Assembly: GCA_028534125.1 (NCBI GenBank)
Contig: CM052818.1
Span: forward strand, 28,894,001 to 28,958,000
DNA: 64,000 bases
Direction: 5' to 3'
Source: Lama glama
Lineage: Eukaryota
The position numbers were made by a program, and so were the translations under genes. Of the stretch, positions 27,810-41,462 are shown in pieces. Every line of letters starts with the position of its first letter. Within the stretch, counting starts at the first letter, position 1. Under the pieces are notes generated by a model. The model was not told where the DNA came from and searched no databases. It saw only the letters and a program-made list of their open reading frames with translations.

Positions 27810-28030
27810 AGGGATTTATTGATATTCACTATATGCCAGGCACTTTACACACTATTATCATTTAATTTTCTTAATGATCCAATAAAGTGATATAATCATC
27901 TCCATTTTACAGATGAGGAAACTAAACTTCAAAGGAATTAAATTATTTACATAAATGAGAAGCATAATTTAGATCCAAACCCACCTGTTTGACTCTAGAC
28001 TATCCTTTTTCTACTCAGCAAAACACTATA
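27810..28030 (-). mobile_element. MIR SINE
   Basis: ctatatgccaggcact...ctccattttacagatgaggaaact. Confidence 0.85.
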
Positions 28031-28749
28031 CTGAATTTTCTGACTCGTGCATATCCATTTAAATATACCTGTCCACTTTGAGAGACTAGGAGAAGTGGCA
28101 AAGGATAAGCTGCTCAATTAAATAAATGCTCACTGGTTCTTAACTTCATTTATGACAGAAGTTTGATCGGACAACTATTTATAAACCCCAGGCAAAGTGC
28201 CTGGCACTTTGCAATATGTATTTTTCTTAGAAATACATGTTTATTATAAAGCTAAAGACATAGAGTTTTTGAGTTGTGAGGAACTACATCCATCTTTAGT
28301 ACAATGATTTATTTTATACCTAAGGGGTAGAAAGCCCCCAGACAGATAAAATGACCTGCCCAAACTCAGAGACAGTAGCTCAACCCTCTTTACTCTTGCT
28401 CTACAGTGAATTCATAAATGGACAGTTGGCAGAACTCTGGAAAAGAAAGAGTCCAAAGGTATGCAAAACATTTTCATCATTCTACAACCCCCATATACAT
28501 AAAAGGAAAATAAATAAATAATAAAAATATTACAAGGTAGAAAATTAAGAATAAAAATCTTCAAGAAGGATAAAAAATTAGAATTACTAGCTTCCAGGAG
28601 GATGCATGAAGTCTTTCGTAGTCCTGTTTTGTATTCATTTTTGCATTCAGCAAGTACACAGCATGATATATGCAAAGCAGGGGTTCTTAGTGTATTCATT
28701 CAACATAGACATAGTTATGCTATAGATACTGCTTTTCCACTGATACCTC

Positions 28750-30120
28750 TACTAAAAACCACCACAAAATAGATTAAAGACTTAAACATAAGACTTGAAA
28801 CCATAAAACTTCTGAAATAAAACAGAAAAAATACTTCTTGACATTGAACTTGGCAATGAATTCTTAGATATAACACCAAAAGCACAAGCAACAAAAGCAA
28901 AAATAGGTAAGTAGAATTACATCAAAGTGAAAAGCTTCTCAACCACAAAGGAAACAATCAACAAAATAAATAGATAACCTATGGAATGGGAGAAAATATT
29001 CACAAGCCAGGTATCTGATAAAAGATTATTATCCAAAATTTGCAAGGAACCCCCACAACTCAACAGCAAAAAACTTTAAAAATTTTTAAAATAAACCAAT
29101 CTAAAAAAGGGCAAAGCACCTGAAAAGATATGCCTCCGAAGAAGATATACAGATAGCCAACAGGTATATGAAAAGGTATTCATCATCACTATCATCAGGG
29201 AAATGCAAATCAAACCCATAATGAGAAATCACCTCACACTTGTTAAAAGTGTATTGTCCACAAAACAAAATAAAAGATAAATGTTAGTGAAGTTATGGAG
29301 AAAAGGAAACTCTCATATACTATTGGGAAGAATGTAAATTGGTACAGTCACTGTGGAAAAGAGTATGGAGGCTCCTCAAAAAATTCAAGAGACCTTACTA
29401 TGTGATCCAGAGATCTCACTTCTAGGAACATGTTCAAAGATCTTGAAATCAAGATCTTGAAAAGATATCTGCATTCCCACGTTAGTTTGCAGCATTATTC
29501 AGAATAGCCAAGACTTGGAAGCAAACTGAATGTACATTGATAGATAACAGGGTAAAGAAAATGTGCTACACATACAGTGGAATATTAGCCTTTAAAAAGA
29601 TGGCTAATAATAAAAGAAATCATGCTGTTTGCAAAAACATGAATGAACCTGGAGGACATTACACTAAGTGAAATAAGCCAGACACAGAAAGACAAATACT
29701 ACAGGATTCCACTTACATGAGAAATCTAAAATAGCCAAACTCATAGAAACACAGAGTAGAGTGGTGGTTGCCAGAAGCTAGGGGGAAGGGCAAGCCAGGA
29801 GTTCGAGGGTTACAAAGCTTCAGTTATGCAAGATGAGTCAATCTTAGAGATCTACGATACAGACTACAGTTAATAACATCTATAGTTAACAATACTGTAT
29901 TGTGTACTTAAAATTTTGCAAAAGAGGTAGATCTTAAGTTAAACATTCGTATAAAAAAATGATGGTAACAATAAAGGTGGGGAGGGAACTTCTGAAGGTG
30001 ATGTATATATTTACGGCATAGATTGTGATGATGGTTTTACAGCTATAGTTTTATCTCCAAACTCATTATGTAAAGCTTTCTAGAAGCTAATTATACTTCA
30101 GCAAAGTGTTTTTTAATAAT
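28750..30120 (+). mobile_element. L1 3' end (ORF2 C-terminus plus L1MA/MB-type 3'UTR)
   Basis: gattaaagacttaaacataagac, atggaatgggagaaaatatt, gaaatgcaaatcaaac, gaatgaacctggaggacatta...aagtgaaataagccagacacagaaagacaaatac. Confidence 0.92.
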
Positions 30121-30384
30121 AGTAAGTATAAACTAGTATGCTAAATAGTAACAGAAAAAAAATGAACCTTTCTGTCTTACTCTTTCTCCTGCCTCAAAGT
30201 ATTTCTCTTCCAAAAAATAATACAGAAATAAATTTTCTCTTGTTACAAAAGTAGTCATTATGAAAGGAAAAACCACTTGGCTGGGGTCAGAATACCCAGA
30301 TGGTCGACCTGGATGCATCGATACATCTTTTGCTTTGGGAAAATCTCTCAAACTGTTCTGCATCTCTTTCCCGAGGAACTAACA

Positions 30385-30805
30385 TAAATGTTATGGGTCA
30401 ATTATACTTCGAAACAAACAAATTCATAGAGAGATTAGATTTGTATCTACCAGAGGCAGGGGAGGAGGGAGAAGGGAAATTGGGTGAAAGCAGTCAAAAG
30501 GTACAAACTTTCAGTTATAAGATAAATAAGTAATAGGGATATAGTATACAACATGATAAATACAATTAACACTGCTATATGTTATATATGAAAGTTGTTA
30601 AAGGGTAAATTCTAAGCGTTCTCATAACAAGAAAAACATTTTTTCTATTTCTTTAATTTGGCATCTATATGAGATGACAGATGTTCACTAAATTTATTGT
30701 GGTAATCATTTCATGATGTATACAAGTCAAATCACTGTGTTGTACACTTTAAACTTGTAGACTGCTATATGTCAATTATATCTCAATGAAACTGAAAGAA
30801 AAAAA
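30385..30805 (+). mobile_element. L1 3'UTR fragment inserted into a MIR3
   Basis: gtcaaaaggtacaaactttcagttataagataaataag...tgtcaattatatctcaatgaaactgaaagaaaaaaa; MIR-like sequence upstream (~30270-30375), MIR3 tail downstream (~30830-30880). Confidence 0.85.
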
Positions 30806-32009
30806 TCATGGTGGTCAATCCATAGATTAATGGGTCTCTGTGGTGGTTTTCTGGCTCTAAAATTCTATTATTCTATGAAATACTCTATGTTCCCCTCTGG
30901 CAAAAACTAAGAAGCTAACATTACGTTGCAATAGTTCATTAATCGTACACATGTACGTATGCATGCACACATGCACATGCACACGCACACACACACCATG
31001 GGAATACACTGGCACTCCTCTTCTGAGCAACAGTAAAGAAATAACCCTGTATCCCAGGCCCAGGGATAGAGAGGTGCTGTTTGAGATGAAGACAATTGCT
31101 TCTTATATGAAATTTCAGCCCCCAAACACTACCTGAGCACCTGAGTATATTCCCCTGTCCACTGATGACAATAACTAGAGGGAAAACAGTTAACCCCTAC
31201 CTAAGCTCCATCAGTACCTCTTCAATCACTAATACTAGAAGTGTTCAGGTTGCTAACAGAGAAAGGGCAGCTCTCCACCCAAGTTCTGCAAAAGGAATTA
31301 AGCAGAGCCATACAAAGGCATCCAAAGCAAGGACTGGACCCATGAGGTCATCTCACCAAAAGCCCTGTCTCTAATTCCCCTTTTTGGTATCACATCAATT
31401 TTCTGAACTCGTTAGACTGTGTACCCATGAAAGAAATGGAGTATATTCAGAGTTCCACATAGGCAGCCTAGCAGCTGAGCCCTTACCTGCACGTAACACT
31501 CACAGCCCCATTGCCATCACAAGTGTCTTTTGGTTAAAATTAACAAAACTCCTTTTATCTAAAAGGATCTCACATTCTGCAAGATTTTCCTTCCAAATCT
31601 ATGTGGATGAGGCTGCCAGGATGCATAAAAGAAAACCACTGTACCATTCCTAATTGGCACAACAGAAAAAATGAATGTGGATAAAAGCTTGCTGGAAAAG
31701 AGCAGGATTCTAATAATCTCCTATTATTCAGGGATGCCTTGCCAGCTGGCAGAAAATCCAGGCATATTCTCAGCTAGTTCTCATCTTTGGGATGCAGTGA
31801 GGTGAAAACAAAGGGATCAACCAGGATTTCAGATTCATTCAAACGTGCAGTTCATGTTCAGTGCCTCCAGCCCTGCCATGGGCCCCACTGGTTCACAGAC
31901 CTAGTCTAGTGTCTGCAAACCGAAAGGGAAGCTGGGCTGAGGTAGGAGACTAACGTGCTGCCAGAATTAAAATACTCAAAATCAGAGTAGAAATGTTTGA
32001 AGATCTGAC

Positions 32010-32440
32010 CTATAAAAAATGTACACATATGAAAAATATTATGCAAAAGATATTTATTGCAACATTAATATTTAAAAATTATGAACATTAATGTCTCAAA
32101 ATGATGGTTAATTAACTATGTAATATCTGTCTAACAGAATACTATGAAGCCCTTCAAACTATTTACATTGAGTTTATAACAATATACAAAATTTGTGACT
32201 GATAAAGAGCTATTAAATTGTAAATATATAACAGTATGCCAAGTAAATAAAAGAATAAATATATTGCAAAGTTAAAAACAAAGTCTAGAAAGAAAAAAAT
32301 ATCAAATGCTAGCATTAACAGTGGATTTCTTTGGTTAGTAGGACTCTGACTTTTTTCCTTTGTTTCACTTTCCTTTATTTTCTAAGTGTTTAATAACATA
32401 TCTGTTGTTTCTATAATGGGAAAGAAATAAAAAGACAATT
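32010..32440 (+). mobile_element. Ancient L1 (L1ME-like) 3' fragment
   Basis: aagatatttattgcaacatt...aacagaatactatgaagcc...ttaacagtggatttctttgg. Confidence 0.6.
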
Positions 32441-33149
32441 AAATTTCCAACCAAGTTCTAAGGTAAAAACTAATGAGGCTTTATATTTTTGTATGTATTT
32501 GGAGCTGGCCTACAAATTACCAAGATGCCTGACACTGGGATGATTTCTAGGACTACAGCTCCACCCTCAGCCACCTTCACCCTACCCTCAACAACTCTGG
32601 AGAAGTTAAAGAAGTTTAGGTCACTCGTCAAGGAACCAAGAGAACACTCAATTGCCTGAGGATACTTTAACCTTGCTGGTAACCCTTGGATTACAGACTG
32701 TGAGCGCTACAGAAGTAACCCTATTGGTGAGATGTGCTTTTTGATCAAACTGTTTTTAAGAAGATCAGCCAATGTGTGGGCTACAAGCATAGATAACCAC
32801 AGCAGAACTGGAGGGAAAGATCAGCAAGCTGTGTGAATCCAGATGTACCTGACTGCAGCTCATGGGGCTGACTTAATGAGCAACTGCAAATCCAAGTGAA
32901 TAAACCTCTCAGTTGCTTTTAATTTTGCACTATTGTATTACATTGACCAGCCAGTAAGTGCCTGATACTTAAACCAGATCTATCTGGTAATTGAGCTAGC
33001 TAATAAAAGTCTATTTGAATTCATATGGTGACTCTACAGTTGAAAAAAATCCCACAGGACATGAAAGAGTAATCTAATCCAATTTTTCTGAATTCTTTTT
33101 TTACCTGGGTGGACTTGTAATCTGTGATTTCATACAAGGTATGAGACGG

Positions 33150-33670
33150 CTTATTACAGTTGCAAATAAAAGAAACCTATTTCAGTAAATTAGGTGAATT
33201 TATTATAAGGTTATAAAGATACCTCATGGAAATGAGAGGCAACCAGTTCTCAGGAACAAACTGGAAGAATAAACTAGAATCTATAAGGAAGCTAGAAGGT
33301 CTTTCTCCTCATTTAGCTCTGCATCTCTCTATTCTTCTGCCCCCATTTAATTTTTTTTATCTCTGCTTTTCCCATTTACTGGCTACAAACCTGGGCATCA
33401 ACAGCCTTATACAGGTCCAGCCACCCAGAGAAAGCTTGCACGCGCTCCCTCTCTTTCTCTCTCTCTCACTCTCTTTCTCGCCCTGTCCCCCCACCACACA
33501 AACCAAATGTCTATAGATGAGTCTCTGATTGACTGAACTTGGGTCTGGTGCCTACTCTGAACCATTCACCTGTGCTCAAGGGATGTATACTCACTTTGCA
33601 GAAACAAGGCTTCTAAAAACCCTACCCCCATAACCAGGCAGACAGCAAGAGGCAGGAAGTGGTACAAAAA
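33150..33670 (-). mobile_element. Old MLT1 (K/L-like) LTR
   Basis: ttacagttgcaaataaaagaaacc...ctctgattgactgaacttgggtctggtgcctactctgaaccattcac. Confidence 0.55.
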
Positions 33671-33739
33671 CAAGAAGAAAAAGTACCCACCCAATTCATC
33701 ATTCATGTTTTCTCAGTTGTATTTCAACACAAGTCTGTG

Positions 33740-36150
33740 TTCAAAAAGGTAAATATCAAGTGTGATAATACATTAATAACAGCAAGAACATGAAGAATAT
33801 TGTTCCCATGAGGTCTTCTGAATGAATTTCCTAGAGACCCACAAAAGGATGACAGGCAAGAAAGTGGCAAAAGGAGTATCAGTGAGCATTACATCTATGT
33901 AACTGTAGGACTAAGACTAAAACAACTGTGGAGTTCTGACAGAAAAGGATATTACAACTCTTAACAGTGTATAAGCAAAATGTCAGGAAGGAAGGTGAAA
34001 TAAGGTTGGCAAATAATGTAAAGATGCTGAGTTAACAATTGAGGGTCAGTTAAAACTGAAAAATCAGTAATACAAGAAGAAGCTTATTTGATAAAAACAA
34101 AAGTACTAAGAAACATCACAGAGTTTACTAAAATGAGGTGGAGGAGAGGCAGGAAACAAAAAATAAAAAATCATTAATCTCATCATTAATCATAATAAAA
34201 AATTAATACTGTATTTAGAAAGAATTAAGCCTATCATATAAATTATAGTTTTATAGGAAACAACCAAAACAAAAATTAAACTTTTCTAATTACCAGAAGG
34301 AACACAAACATAAAACAGAGAAAGCAGAGCAAGCCATGAAATATTTTAAAAGCTATAAAAATATAAAGCATAAAATAAAATATGTCAAAACTAAGACTAA
34401 ATATATTTGCCATTTCAGTAAGAATAAAAAAAACTAACCTCATTTACTAAAAGAAGAAATCTTCCATATTTGACCACAAAGCAAAAGCAAGTAAGTGCTG
34501 TAAATTTAAGTCAAAACTAAAACAGTAACTTAGAAAATTTAAAAATGAATTATTTTCCTACAACAAAAACAAGTCAAAAACCATAATCTGAGTAGCACAC
34601 TGACTGAATAAATGCAAAAAAGCATAACATAAAAAAGAAAGTGTTAACGGTAAAGGGTACAATTCTCAATAAAACTATAATAGTGGAAATATCTACAAAT
34701 TATAAAAGACAGTATCAATATTCATAAATAAAAACTAGTGAATATTCAAGAAGGAAGGAGAAACATACTGAAAGCAGAAAATAACTAAAGATACAGATAT
34801 TATGCTTTCTTTCACATATCCATAAAAAATTCACAAAGTTACTAGGCTACAAAAGAATTCAACGAATTCTGCAGAAATAGTCCAAATTCTCTGGCCATAA
34901 TAAAATAAAATTAGAAATAGAAATAAAATAAAAACAGAAAGTTTGTACTATCTGAAAATGAAAGGAAAAAAAACCCTCTCTTTGAACAACTGTGTCAAAG
35001 AGAAAATCAAAACAAATTGCAGAATATCTGCATAGACTGCTTATAAAAATACCCAATGTCTGTAAACTACATCTAAATCCATTCTTAGAGAAATATTAAT
35101 AGGCTTATGTCTATATATCAATTTCCTATAAAATAAATATATATCAAATTACCGTAAATAAACATGCAAGTACATAACAAGATATACAGAAACTCTACAC
35201 AAAAAAACCAAAATATCAAATTAAAGACCCAAATAAATGGACAATGTTCATGAATTGAGAGACTAAATGTTATAACCATGTCAATTCTCCCCACGTTTAT
35301 TATACAGTTTCAATGTGTTCCCCAAAACATCTGAAAAAGTTTCTTACTTTCACTCTGTGTATAATTTGACAAGTTGACTTAAAAATTCATATGGAAAAAA
35401 GTGAAAAATAACCAAGACAATTTTAAAGCAAAATAACACAACTGGAAGATTTACTTTACCAAAAATCAAGCTATAATAATTAAGACAGAGTGGTCTTAGT
35501 TTAAGAATAGACAAAGTAATGGAACAGAAACAGAGTCCAGAAATATATCCTCAAATATATGCTCAACTACATAATTTATGACAAAAGGTAATACACTGTA
35601 GTGTGATGGAAAAATAAAAATCTCTTTAATAATGATACCTGGTATGTGATATCCATATGGGAAAAAAAAAATATCCTTCCCTACCTTACACTATACACCC
35701 CTTCAAAAAAATCAATTTTAGATGAATTGCAGACCTAAATGTGAAAGGTATAATTTTAAAGCTTCTGGAAGACAACACACAAAAATTATCTTCATGACTT
35801 TGGGTAAGGATTCTATGAACAGCTCTTAAAAAACAATAAAAATAAAGAAAAACATCAATTAATTGTACACAAAAATTAAGAACATCTGTATATCAAAAGG
35901 CCTCATTATAACTCTAACGGCAGACCACGGAGTGTGTAAAGATATTTGCTTTGATATGGGACTACTGTGCAGAATTGTAAACAATTCCTGGGACAGAGTG
36001 TGTAAAGATATTTGCTATGATAAAGGACTACTGTGCAGAATTATAAACAATTCCTGTTTAATAAAAGAAAATAATAGAAAATGGATGTAAAATCTTGCTG
36101 CAATTCTCAAAGAAGGATATCCAAATGGACAGTAAGTATATGAAAAGATA
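33740..36150 (+). mobile_element. Ancient L1 ORF2 remnant
   Basis: A-rich; aaagacccaaataaatgga, aaaattcatatggaaa, ggaacagaaacagagtccagaaat, gacctaaatgtgaaaggta. Confidence 0.8.
35927..36056. repeat. Imperfect tandem duplication, period 66 bp
   Basis: 35927-35990 vs 35993-36056, 5 mismatches in 64 nt; seen in ORF track as VCKDIC.D.GLLCRI.NNS twice. Confidence 0.92.
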
Positions 36151-36583
36151 TATCACTAATCATCAGGAATATGCAAATCAAAACCACAATGAGGTATGAC
36201 ACCTGTCAAAATGGCTATCATCAAAAAGAAGACAAATAACAAATGTTCGTGAGAATGTGGAGAGAAGGGAACCTTCATACACTGTTGGTGGGAATGTAAA
36301 TTGGTACAGCCACTGTAGAAAACAGTATGGAGGTTTCTTAAAAAACTAAAAATAGAACTATCATATGACCATGCAATTCAACTCCTGGGTATATATATCC
36401 AAAAATACACAAATTTTGAATAAAGCATTAATTCAAAAAGATATATGCACCTCAATGTTTACAGCAGCATTATTTGCATTTACCAAGATATAGAAGCAAC
36501 TTCAATGTCCATCAACAAATGAATGGATAAAGATGTAAATAAATGTGTGTGTGTGTGTGTGTGTGTGTGTATGATGGGAGTAT

Positions 36584-36643
<60 letters not shown>

Positions 36644-37060
36644 CTACTATGCAGCCATGAAAAAGAATGGTGAACTTAAAGGACATACGCTAAGTACAGT
36701 AAGTCAGGCAGAGACAGACAAATACTGCATGATATCCCCTATATGTAGTAGCTAAAAAATAAAACAAGCTAGTAAGTATAACAATAAAGAAGCAGACTCA
36801 CAGAAATAGAGAACAAACTAGTAGTTACCAGTGGGGAAAGGGGAAGGGGAGGGGCAGTATAGGAGTATGGGATTAAGAATTACAAACTGTTAGGTATAAA
36901 ATAAGCTACAAGGATATATTGTACAACATGGGGGATATAGCCAATATTTTATAATAACTATACGTGGAGAATAAACCTAAAAATTGTGAATCACTATATT
37001 GCACACATGTAATTTACATAATATTGTACAGCAACTATACTTCAGTTAAAAATGTGATAA
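36150..37060 (+). mobile_element. Younger L1 3' end nested in older L1
   Basis: atgcaaatcaaaaccacaatgag...gggaaccttcatacactgttggtgggaatgtaaattgg; 3'UTR ending gtacagcaactatacttcagttaaaaa. Confidence 0.9.
36544..36641. repeat. Inverted compound microsatellite (TG)13T - 15 nt spacer - (AC)28
   Basis: Read directly from sequence. Confidence 0.97.
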
Positions 37061-37289
37061 AATTACATTATGTAAAAAGAGACACTAAACATCATTAGTC
37101 ATCAGGGGAAGTAAATTAAGACCACAATGAAGTACACTTTATATGTAACTGATGGGAGTGTAAATTGGTACAGTTATTTTGTAATACTCTTCGACAATGT
37201 CATATGTATACCTAAGACTCAGCAATTCCATTCCTGGATATATACCTAAAAGAAATGCATACACATATACACCAAAAGACATATGAAAG

Positions 37290-38515
37290 AATAAACTCAA
37301 AATGGATTAAAGACCTAAATATAAAGACAAAAATTATAAAACTTCTAGAAGAGGACACAGGCAGAACTCTGACAAAAAGCATAGGAATATTTTTGGCCCT
37401 ATCTCCTAAGGCAGAAGAAATAAAATTAAAAATAAACAAATGGGACCAAATTAAACTTAAAAGCTTTTGCACAGCAAAGGAAACCACTGACAAAACAAAG
37501 AGACAACTTACAGAATGGGAGAAAATATTTTCAAATGATGCAGTGAACAAGGAGTTAATATCCAAAATATATAAATCACTCTTACAACTCAATATCAAAA
37601 AACACCCAATCAAAAGATGGGCAGAAGACCTGAATAGACATGTTTCCAAAGAAGACATACATATGGCTAATACGCACATTAAAAGATGCACAACATTACT
37701 AATTATTAAAGAAATGCTAATCAAAACCACAATGAGATATCACCTCACACCTGTTAGAATGGCTATCATCAAAAAGTACAGGTAACAAATGTTGGTGTGG
37801 ATATGGAGAAAAGGGAACCCTCATACACTGTTGATGGGAATGTAAATTGGTGCAGCCACTGTGGAAAACAGTGTGGAGGTTCCTCAAAAAACTAAAAGTA
37901 GAATTACCATATGATCTGCAATTCCACTCCTCAGTATATATCTGAAGAAAACAAAAAGACTATTTTGAAAAGATATATGCATGCCAGTGTCCATAGCAGT
38001 AGGTAACCTAAGTGTCCATTAACAAATGAATATACAAAGAAGACGTAGTAATAGAATGGAATATTACTTAGCGATAAAAATAATGAAATTCTGCCTTTTG
38101 CAACAATGTGGATGGACTTAGACACTATTATGCTTAATGAAACAAGTCTGACAGAGAAAGACAAATACTCTGTTATTACTTATATGTGAAGTCTAAAAAA
38201 TAAAACAAATGAATGCATATAACAAAACAGAAACAAACTCAGATACAGAGAACAAACCATTGGTTACAAGTGGGGAGAGGGAAGGCAAGAAGGGCAAGAT
38301 AGGGGTATAGGATTAAGAGATATAAACTCCTATGTATAAAGTAGATAAGCAACAAGGATATATTGTAGCACACAGGGAAATATAACCATTATTTTGTAAT
38401 AGCTTCATTATTCTGTAATAACTTTAAATGGATTATAATCTGTAAGCATACTGAATCACTATGCAATACACAGGAAACTAATATTGTTAATCAACTGTAC
38501 TTCAATAAAATTTTT
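37290..38515 (+). mobile_element. Younger L1 3' end containing the 176-aa ORF (ORF2p C-terminal fragment)
   Basis: ORF 37255-37785 has [50 protein letters not shown], typical of L1 ORF2p; then 3'UTR and AATAAA near 38504. Confidence 0.95.
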
Positions 38516-38519
38516 TTAA

Positions 38520-38960
38520 ACAACTTTGATAACACTCAGTGTTTGTTAGGAAATGCAGGAACAATCTCACATTATTGTTGGTGCAAGTGCAAATCCCATG
38601 CAGCCTTCGTGGAGGGTAATCAGGCAGTACCTATTTTTTAAAATGCAACAATTCCACATCTAAGAATTTATTTCACACTTACACTTGCGCAGATTATTCA
38701 CTGTAGCACTGCTAATGACAGCAAAAGATTGGAAACAATCTTAGCATCAATTAAAATGTATTGGTTAAATAAACTTCAGTACAGCCCTACAATGGAATAA
38801 GATGTATGCATAAAAAAAGAAAGACAAAGCTTTAAATTCTGGTATGAGAAAAAGCTTTGAGATGCATTAAGTGAAAAAAGGCAAGACATCAAACCATATG
38901 TACAGCATTCTACCATTTGTGTAAAAAAGGGGGAAATAATATTTATATGTAAAACTATCA
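38520..38960 (+). mobile_element. Ancient L1 (L1ME-like) 3' fragment
   Basis: ctcacattattgttggtgcaagtgcaaat...acagcaaaagattggaaacaatc...ttggttaaataaact...acaatggaata. Confidence 0.7.
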
Positions 38961-40389
38961 ACAATAAAATAGTCTCCTTGCTTTTCTCAGTCATTACTTC
39001 AGAAGTTGGGTAAAGTCAGAGCCCCTCCTGAAGGCCTTCCGAAGCATTCATCCATATGGAATTTCATCTGTGGCTCTTACGTCATTCCAATACTACCTAA
39101 AATTTAATTAAATGTGTAGAAGCATGTTTCTGAAAGGGCTCAACTCAATAGGATGAATCTAGAAAATGCTCTGGGTACCCATCACTGATTGCAAACACTC
39201 TCTTCTGGCTCTCCCTTCTTGGACCTCATGGAACATCTTGGGCAAATCATATTGCTTTCCAGGTCACCTTCAAATATTAGAAAAGTTTCTTCTTTTTTTT
39301 CTCCCTGCCCTACATCTTCCCCCCACCATTCTTCAGCTAGTCAGCCATCCAGACATAAGGACAGGAGAAAGATGATTCAATCATTATCTTCATTGATGAC
39401 TGTTGTACCTTAACGGTCCTCTGCGGTGCAGGTGCACAATGCTGGTTCTTGTGGGGGAGAGCACATTTATGGCTTCTTTGGAGTCACTTCCGCTAGGAAT
39501 CTTGACATGTCTTATGCCCTCTCTGCCTAATGTCTTTTGGCAGCCATCCAACTGCAACGTTCAACTATATTCTCTACACACCTTCTTCTACTCAAGTCCC
39601 CTCCCTGCAGGCAGCACTTTGGGTAGGGTCCCACACCGCTTCTATCCTAAGCGTTCACCCCACCCATGGAAATTCACCCCCTCTTATCCACTAAATCTTG
39701 TGAATATGGCCTGCTGACTCAGGAGGCATACCTCCCCTCTTGCCTTACAGAAAGATGTTCCAGCCAGTTCCTAACTTCAGATGTCTTCAGGCCAGACTCC
39801 AGTGCCAGCTGCTCTCCCCACAAAACTAAAAAGGACAATGTCAGGTTCTCCCAGGAAATGCATTATATTCCCTTCTCCCTACAGTATCCTAAATTTCATG
39901 GCTTTTCCATGTGTTATTTTTCCATTTGTCCTTGCTTTAAACTGTCCACTTCAGTAGAGCATAAATCCATTCAGTTCCACCACACAAAATACTTTTATTA
40001 TAGTTTGGCAAACATCTAGGCGGTTTTGTATGCCACACTTCACTCCTGGAAAACAATCCCTAAACTCTCAGACAGATTCTCTTGCTTCCCACTGACATTT
40101 ATTATTGATTCTTTCCCCCAGCTAGATTCTGTCCCCTAGATGAGGTGATTGGGTCACAAACCTCCTCAATTCCATGGAATTTCGGCAAAGAATCTCCTGT
40201 CAGGGGAATCTCTAGACTTCTGTTATAGCTCTGAGTAAAAGATGAGAGCTGAAAGTTGACTGTCCTGTTTGGCTGAATATTTTAAAATCTTATGAAAGCT
40301 TGGCAAGTACCTGTCTTTTAGAACTTTAGCATACTTGTCACATGATACCCTCAGCTGTGAGAATATCCAACAAAAAGGTATGCCCCATT

Positions 40390-40570
40390 CTTCACCCTGT
40401 TACATTGCTTATGTTGTCTCCTATAGTTCCATGTATGTTAGCTCTGCCCGCCCCTTACTGAATGTAAGCTATTTCATTCCAGAGAACAGGCCTTATAATT
40501 CTTCTGCATCCCCAATACACTCAGAGCAACTATCAGAGACGTGAGTAAAAATCACTTGATTAATGAATAT
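40390..40570 (+). mobile_element. L2 3' end
   Basis: actgaatgtaagct...gagaacagg...tgcatccccaatacac...cacttgattaatgaat. Confidence 0.55.
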
Positions 40571-41385
40571 ATAATTATCGTATTATGGATTCACAGCTTG
40601 TAGGGTTTATAGATTACTTAATTAATAAATTACTTGACTAACAAATTATTTGAGTAATAAACATGTAATTATTTATCATATTGTAGATTCACAGCTGAAG
40701 GTTGATGAAAGCTGACTGAATTCATCCCTATAGTGCCCCATCTGTATTCCTAGATACCAATCCTTTCCTAACGTAGGTTTTGAGAAGGACCAGATATGCT
40801 CTGGTATAACTCTGGACTATTCTACCATCTGAGGTCCTGTTTTTGCTTCAGCGGTACTTCTGAGAGACAAGTGGCCCTTTAATACCTCAAGAAGGTCTCT
40901 GCGGACATCTATACTCTCAACTGCACCTGCTACTAGCAGTTAGAAACGATTCCTTGAGTCAAGTTCAGTTGATAGGCAGGTATTGAAGACTTTCTATATG
41001 CCTGTCTCTGAATCCATAAGATTAAGAAGATGCGGAATCTGAACAAAGGAGCTTGAATTACAGGAAATAGAGATATGTGAGGAAATCAGTGCTCTGTATT
41101 TTAGTGGAAACAGAATATTGCACAGATGGAGATATAATCAATTCTGGTGGGTGGATGGTTGGAGAGGCTTCACAGGGAAAGTAATATCCAAAGTGGACCT
41201 CCAATTAGCCCAAAAGATAAAAGGGATCCTCCCAAATAAGACGAAGGAATGTGCAAAATCCCAAAGACAGGACTCACAACTCTAATTTATGGCCCCCAAT
41301 TTTCTCTCAAACTAATAAAGTTAAACCCGAGGCTCCCAATACAGAAGCTACCCATGTGAAAAGATGACATAAAATCTGTTTTCTC

Positions 41386-41421
41386 TGTGTGTGTGTGTGT
41401 GTGTGTGTATGTAAGTATGTA

Positions 41422-41461
<40 letters not shown>

Positions 41462-41462
41462 C
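41386..41462. repeat. Compound (TG)n/(TATG)n microsatellite
   Basis: Read directly from sequence. Confidence 0.95.

Noticed and set aside
37255..37785. Longest ORF (176 aa) as a host gene
   Set aside because: L1 ORF2p C-terminal fragment from a 5'-truncated copy; the ATG comes from adjacent older L1 sequence. The antisense 172-aa ORF is its shadow.
39412..39551. Minus-strand exon continuing the 46616 candidate (VGWLPKDIRQRGHKTCQDS-stop)
   Set aside because: The acceptor has no polypyrimidine tract (gagaatatagttgaacgttgcag) and the peptide was not recognised.
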